NCBI GenBank assembly: GCA_963675755.2
Contig: CAXXMD010000002.1
Span: 1,408,001 to 1,472,000, forward strand
Source: a bacterium
GTDB lineage: Bacteria > Zhuqueibacterota > Zhuqueibacteria > Residuimicrobiales > Krinioviventaceae
Length of the DNA stretch: 64,000 bases
Direction of reading: 5' to 3'
A program made the position numbers and the translations under genes. The first letter of the stretch is position 1, and every line of letters begins with the position of its first letter. The notes under the pieces are model-generated. The model was not told where the DNA came from. It was given only the letters and a program-made list of their open reading frames with translations, and did not search any database. Of the stretch, positions 61,357 to 64,000 are shown piece after piece.

Positions 61357-61382
61357 AAAAATAGCCCCATTAGTGGGGCTAT
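61357..61382 (-). terminator. Rho-independent terminator downstream of tRNA-Met
   Basis: Hairpin ATAGCCCCA-TTAG-TGGGGCTAT followed by a T-run on the minus strand. Confidence 0.75.
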
Positions 61383-61388
61383 ACTGTG

Positions 61389-61462
61389 TAGCGGCGCAGG
61401 GATTCGAACCCCGGACACTCGGATTATGATTCCGATGCTCTAACCAACTGAGCTACGCCGCC
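61389..61462 (-). tRNA. tRNA-Met (CAT), elongator type; CCA not encoded
   Basis: GGCGGCGTAGCTCAGTTGGTTAGAGCATCGGAATCATAATCCGAGTGTCCGGGGTTCGAATCCCTGCGCCGCTA folds as a cloverleaf with a CAT anticodon and GTTCGAAT T-loop. Confidence 0.95.
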
Positions 61463-61535
61463 GTTCTAACAAAGCCGATAAATATAATAATCTCTGCTAA
61501 AACTTGCAAGTAAAATTTTTACTTCATAACCAATA

Positions 61536-62153
61536 TTATAAATTTTTTAGCTGCAACAAGCTTATTGCAGACCACGTCTCTACAGAGCTGTTTGAGTTTG
61601 TAACAATTTCTTCCAAATCGGTTACTGGCTTGTATCCACCCCATGCAATTTCTGCATCTTTGGGTTTGATAATTTTCGATGACGTCCTGAGTAAATACAG
61701 AATACCAAAATGAACCTGTCCTACCTCTGTTTCATCATCGTTTATATACCCTAAAACAATAGGTTCATCAAATTCGTCTATAAAAATCTCTTCTTCAACT
61801 TCACGCATCATACTGGCAATTACAGGGTCACTATCTTTAGAATCAATTTTATCAATATGGCCCCCTATTCCCCACGACCATTTACCGCGTAAACGCTCTT
61901 CCGTATATGTATCTTTGGAAGCCCGCTGATAAGCAAAAACTTGTCCGGTTTCCTTGTTCATTATTATACAATAGGCAATAGGTTGTTTTAATTGTGGGGT
62001 ATTTTCTGCAATACCTCGTTTTTTGTAATAGTAATTTTCATTGATAATTTGCTTATAATCAATACCATCTGCAGGAGCGAATCCCTGAAAATAGCCCTGA
62101 GCAAACAGTGTTGCCCTGTCAACTACCATTATTTCTTTTTCAAATTTATCCAA
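61536..62153 (-). CDS. NUDIX-fold predicted phosphoesterase (COG4112-like)
   Basis: AE..P.LKQPI.Y, E.RL.GKWS.GIGGHI, MREVEEE and GYINDD...VG.VHFG. Likely TTG start at 62153, just downstream of pgi. Confidence 0.8.
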   Translation of the reverse strand: MDKFEKEIMVVDRATLFAQGYFQGFAPADGIDYKQIINENYYYKKRGIAENTPQLKQPIAYCIIMNKETGQVFAYQRASKDTYTEERLRGKWSWGIGGHIDKIDSKDSDPVIASMMREVEEEIFIDEFDEPIVLGYINDDETEVGQVHFGILYLLRTSSKIIKPKDAEIAWGGYKPVTDLEEIVTNSNSSVETWSAISLLQLKNL

Positions 62154-62169
62154 AATATACTCGTTTCTT

Positions 62170-63495
62170 TTATGATTGACCCAACAATTCTTTACGACGA
62201 TCTTCAAATCCCGGTTTGCCCAGCAATGCAAACATGTTTTGTTTGTATGCTTCTACACCTGGCTGATCAAAAGGATTGATTTTCAAAAGCAAACCGCTGA
62301 CAGCTACAGCAAATTCAAAAAAGTAAAACAGTTGCCCCAGGGTATATTCGGTTCTATCAGCCAGAGAAATATTCATATTGGGAACATTGCCAGCAGCATG
62401 AGCCAAAGCAGTACCACGATATGCCTGATGGTTAACATCAGAAAGATCCATACCGGCAAGAAAGTTCATACCATCCAGATTTTCTTCTACTTTAGGCACA
62501 GCAATTTTTGTACGCATATTTTCAATAGTTAAAAAGGTTTCAAACAAGTTTCTTTTACCATCTTGAATGTATTGTCCCATCGAATGCAAGTCAGTAGTAA
62601 ACACGGTACTTGCCGGGAATATTCCTTTGCCGTCTTTTCCTTCACTTTCGCCATATAACTGTTTCCACCACTCTCCCACATATTGCAAAGATGGGTCAAA
62701 CGCAGATAAAACCTCTATGGTCTTGCCGGATTTATAAAGTAAATACCGGGCTGCGGCATATGTCAACACGGGGTTACCAAGAACATCCTGAGTATTTTTA
62801 CAAAACGCTGCCGCATCTTTGGCACCTGCCAACAGTGCATCAATATCAAATCCTGCAGCGGCGATCGGCAACAATCCAACGGGTGTAAGAACAGAAAATC
62901 TACCGCCAACATCATCGGGAATGACAAACGAACGAAAACCTTCAGCATCAGCCATTTTCCGCAGTGCACCTTTAGATTGATCTGTTGTTGCAATAACCCG
63001 TTTACTGAATTCATCTTTTGACAAGCCAGCTTTTAAAGCATTAACCAAAACCCTGAAAGCAACTCCGGGCTCTGTTGTAGTACCGGATTTTGAAATGACA
63101 TTTACATAGCATTGCTTGTTTTGAATAAATGCAATCAAGTCATTCATATAATCTGCGCTCAGATTATGTCCCAGATACAATACCTTGTTATTAGTTGTTA
63201 ATGGATTAGATAAAAAGTCAATGGTAGCACGTGCTCCCAGGTAACTGCCGCCAATTCCAATACAAATCACATGGTCAGCATTATCATTAATTTCTTTGGC
63301 GATATTTTTTATATCCACAACTTCTTTTTGGCTAACATTGTCAGGCAGGTCAACCCAACCTAAAAAATCATTCCCGGCACAGGTTTTATCGTATATACTT
63401 TTATTAACGCTCGTGACTGAGGATTGTAAATCTTTTAAATCTTTTTGAGAGACATGATCTTTTAAAAGTTCAATATCTAATTTTAAATTTTTCAT
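62170..63495 (-). CDS. pgi: Glucose-6-phosphate isomerase
   Basis: GIGGSYLG, ISKSGTTTE, DVGGRFSVLTPVG, QLYGESEGK, TDLHSMGQ and NPFDQPGVEAYK. Confidence 0.97.
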   Translation of the reverse strand: MKNLKLDIELLKDHVSQKDLKDLQSSVTSVNKSIYDKTCAGNDFLGWVDLPDNVSQKEVVDIKNIAKEINDNADHVICIGIGGSYLGARATIDFLSNPLTTNNKVLYLGHNLSADYMNDLIAFIQNKQCYVNVISKSGTTTEPGVAFRVLVNALKAGLSKDEFSKRVIATTDQSKGALRKMADAEGFRSFVIPDDVGGRFSVLTPVGLLPIAAAGFDIDALLAGAKDAAAFCKNTQDVLGNPVLTYAAARYLLYKSGKTIEVLSAFDPSLQYVGEWWKQLYGESEGKDGKGIFPASTVFTTDLHSMGQYIQDGKRNLFETFLTIENMRTKIAVPKVEENLDGMNFLAGMDLSDVNHQAYRGTALAHAAGNVPNMNISLADRTEYTLGQLFYFFEFAVAVSGLLLKINPFDQPGVEAYKQNMFALLGKPGFEDRRKELLGQS

Positions 63496-63524
63496 CCTAT
63501 ACTCCGATATCAAATAAACATAAA

Positions 63525-64000
63525 TTAACGCTTTAAAAGCAACTTGGCTGCCTGAATAAACAACAACACAGAAACCAGTACAAGTAATCCCCCAACCACA
63601 ACCAGCAAAAAATTACCTTTATGATAATTCTGTACTATCAAAGTAAACAAGCCGGCTATAGTAATAACATACATGAAAAACATGGGTATTTTGGTAAACC
63701 AGTTTGGCCTGCTAATATTGGCCAACCATGCTGTTACCGCAAGCAAAGCCAATGATGCAAGTAACTGATTAGCTGATCCGAAAATGGGCCAAATTGCTCC
63801 TGACGAACCAGAAAAAATAAAAACAGCACTTAATACAACGGTAACAATTGTACCGATATATCGATTGGTAGTAAGAATTGATTTCTTTTCCCTATTATTA
63901 TCAAAAAATTCCTGAAAGGTAAAACGCGCCAAACGGGTACATGTATCCAGCGTGGTTAAGGCAAAAGCCGAAACCGCTAATCCTGAAAAAGTAACAGCAC
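63525..64000 (-). CDS. cstA: Carbon starvation protein A family transporter (3' part; truncated by the window)
   Basis: The frame continues upstream as ...SAFALTTLDTCTRLARF..QE, followed by IWPIFGSANQLLA.L.L. Confidence 0.88.
   Translation of the reverse strand, partial: AVTFSGLAVSAFALTTLDTCTRLARFTFQEFFDNNREKKSILTTNRYIGTIVTVVLSAVFIFSGSSGAIWPIFGSANQLLASLALLAVTAWLANISRPNWFTKIPMFFMYVITIAGLFTLIVQNYHKGNFLLVVVGGLLVLVSVLLFIQAAKLLLKR

Noticed and set aside
61357-61462. Locus as a genomic island integrated at the 3' end of tRNA-Met
   Set aside because: No integrase or transposase and no duplicated tRNA 3' end were seen in the window, and the tRNA's own terminator is intact directly downstream.
602-62888. 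Numerous plus-strand and short alternative-frame ORFs in the six-frame track
   Set aside because: They lie antisense to or inside well-supported minus-strand genes and have no recognisable motifs; they are shadow ORFs.

Overview
Every credible gene in this 64-kb bacterial window is on the minus strand. About 60 kb (409-61170) is one large pectin-utilisation locus, which I read as specific for rhamnogalacturonan-II (RG-II). In transcription order (right to left) it carries: LacI and XylR-type regulators with a GH142; a TonB-dependent receptor, a T9SS-CTD-like protein and a PorV/PorQ-like protein, with no SusD; GH43, an unassigned GH65/95-like enzyme, two GH28, DUF1593, a PL1-GH33 fusion, GH138, CE12, a DUF5060/DUF4038 protein, GH127, GH140, an NCS1-like permease, GH78 and GH143; a five-gene block (Fe-ADH, DHDPS-family aldolase, PdxA2, DUF1537 kinase, SSS symporter); two paralogous esterases, an unassigned GH and PL11; and a DeoR-regulated ABC transporter, isomerase, split transketolase and FGGY kinase operon that matches D-apiose catabolism. 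The most interesting inference is that the five-gene block behind GH143 is a complete catabolic route for the RG-II sugar Dha (3-deoxy-D-lyxo-heptulosaric acid): Dha -> pyruvate + D-threuronate -> D-threonate -> 4-phospho-D-threonate -> DHAP + CO2. The stereochemistry fits. The right end is housekeeping: tRNA-Met, a NUDIX-like gene, pgi and partial cstA. Strong Shine-Dalgarno motifs and the TBDR/CTD/PorV trio suggest a non-Bacteroidota FCB-group organism such as KSB1 or Calditrichota (inference). Region ~31-35 kb carries many 1-2 nt insertions that look like long-read errors. All family and orthologue calls come from motif recognition and recalled sequences; no search was run.
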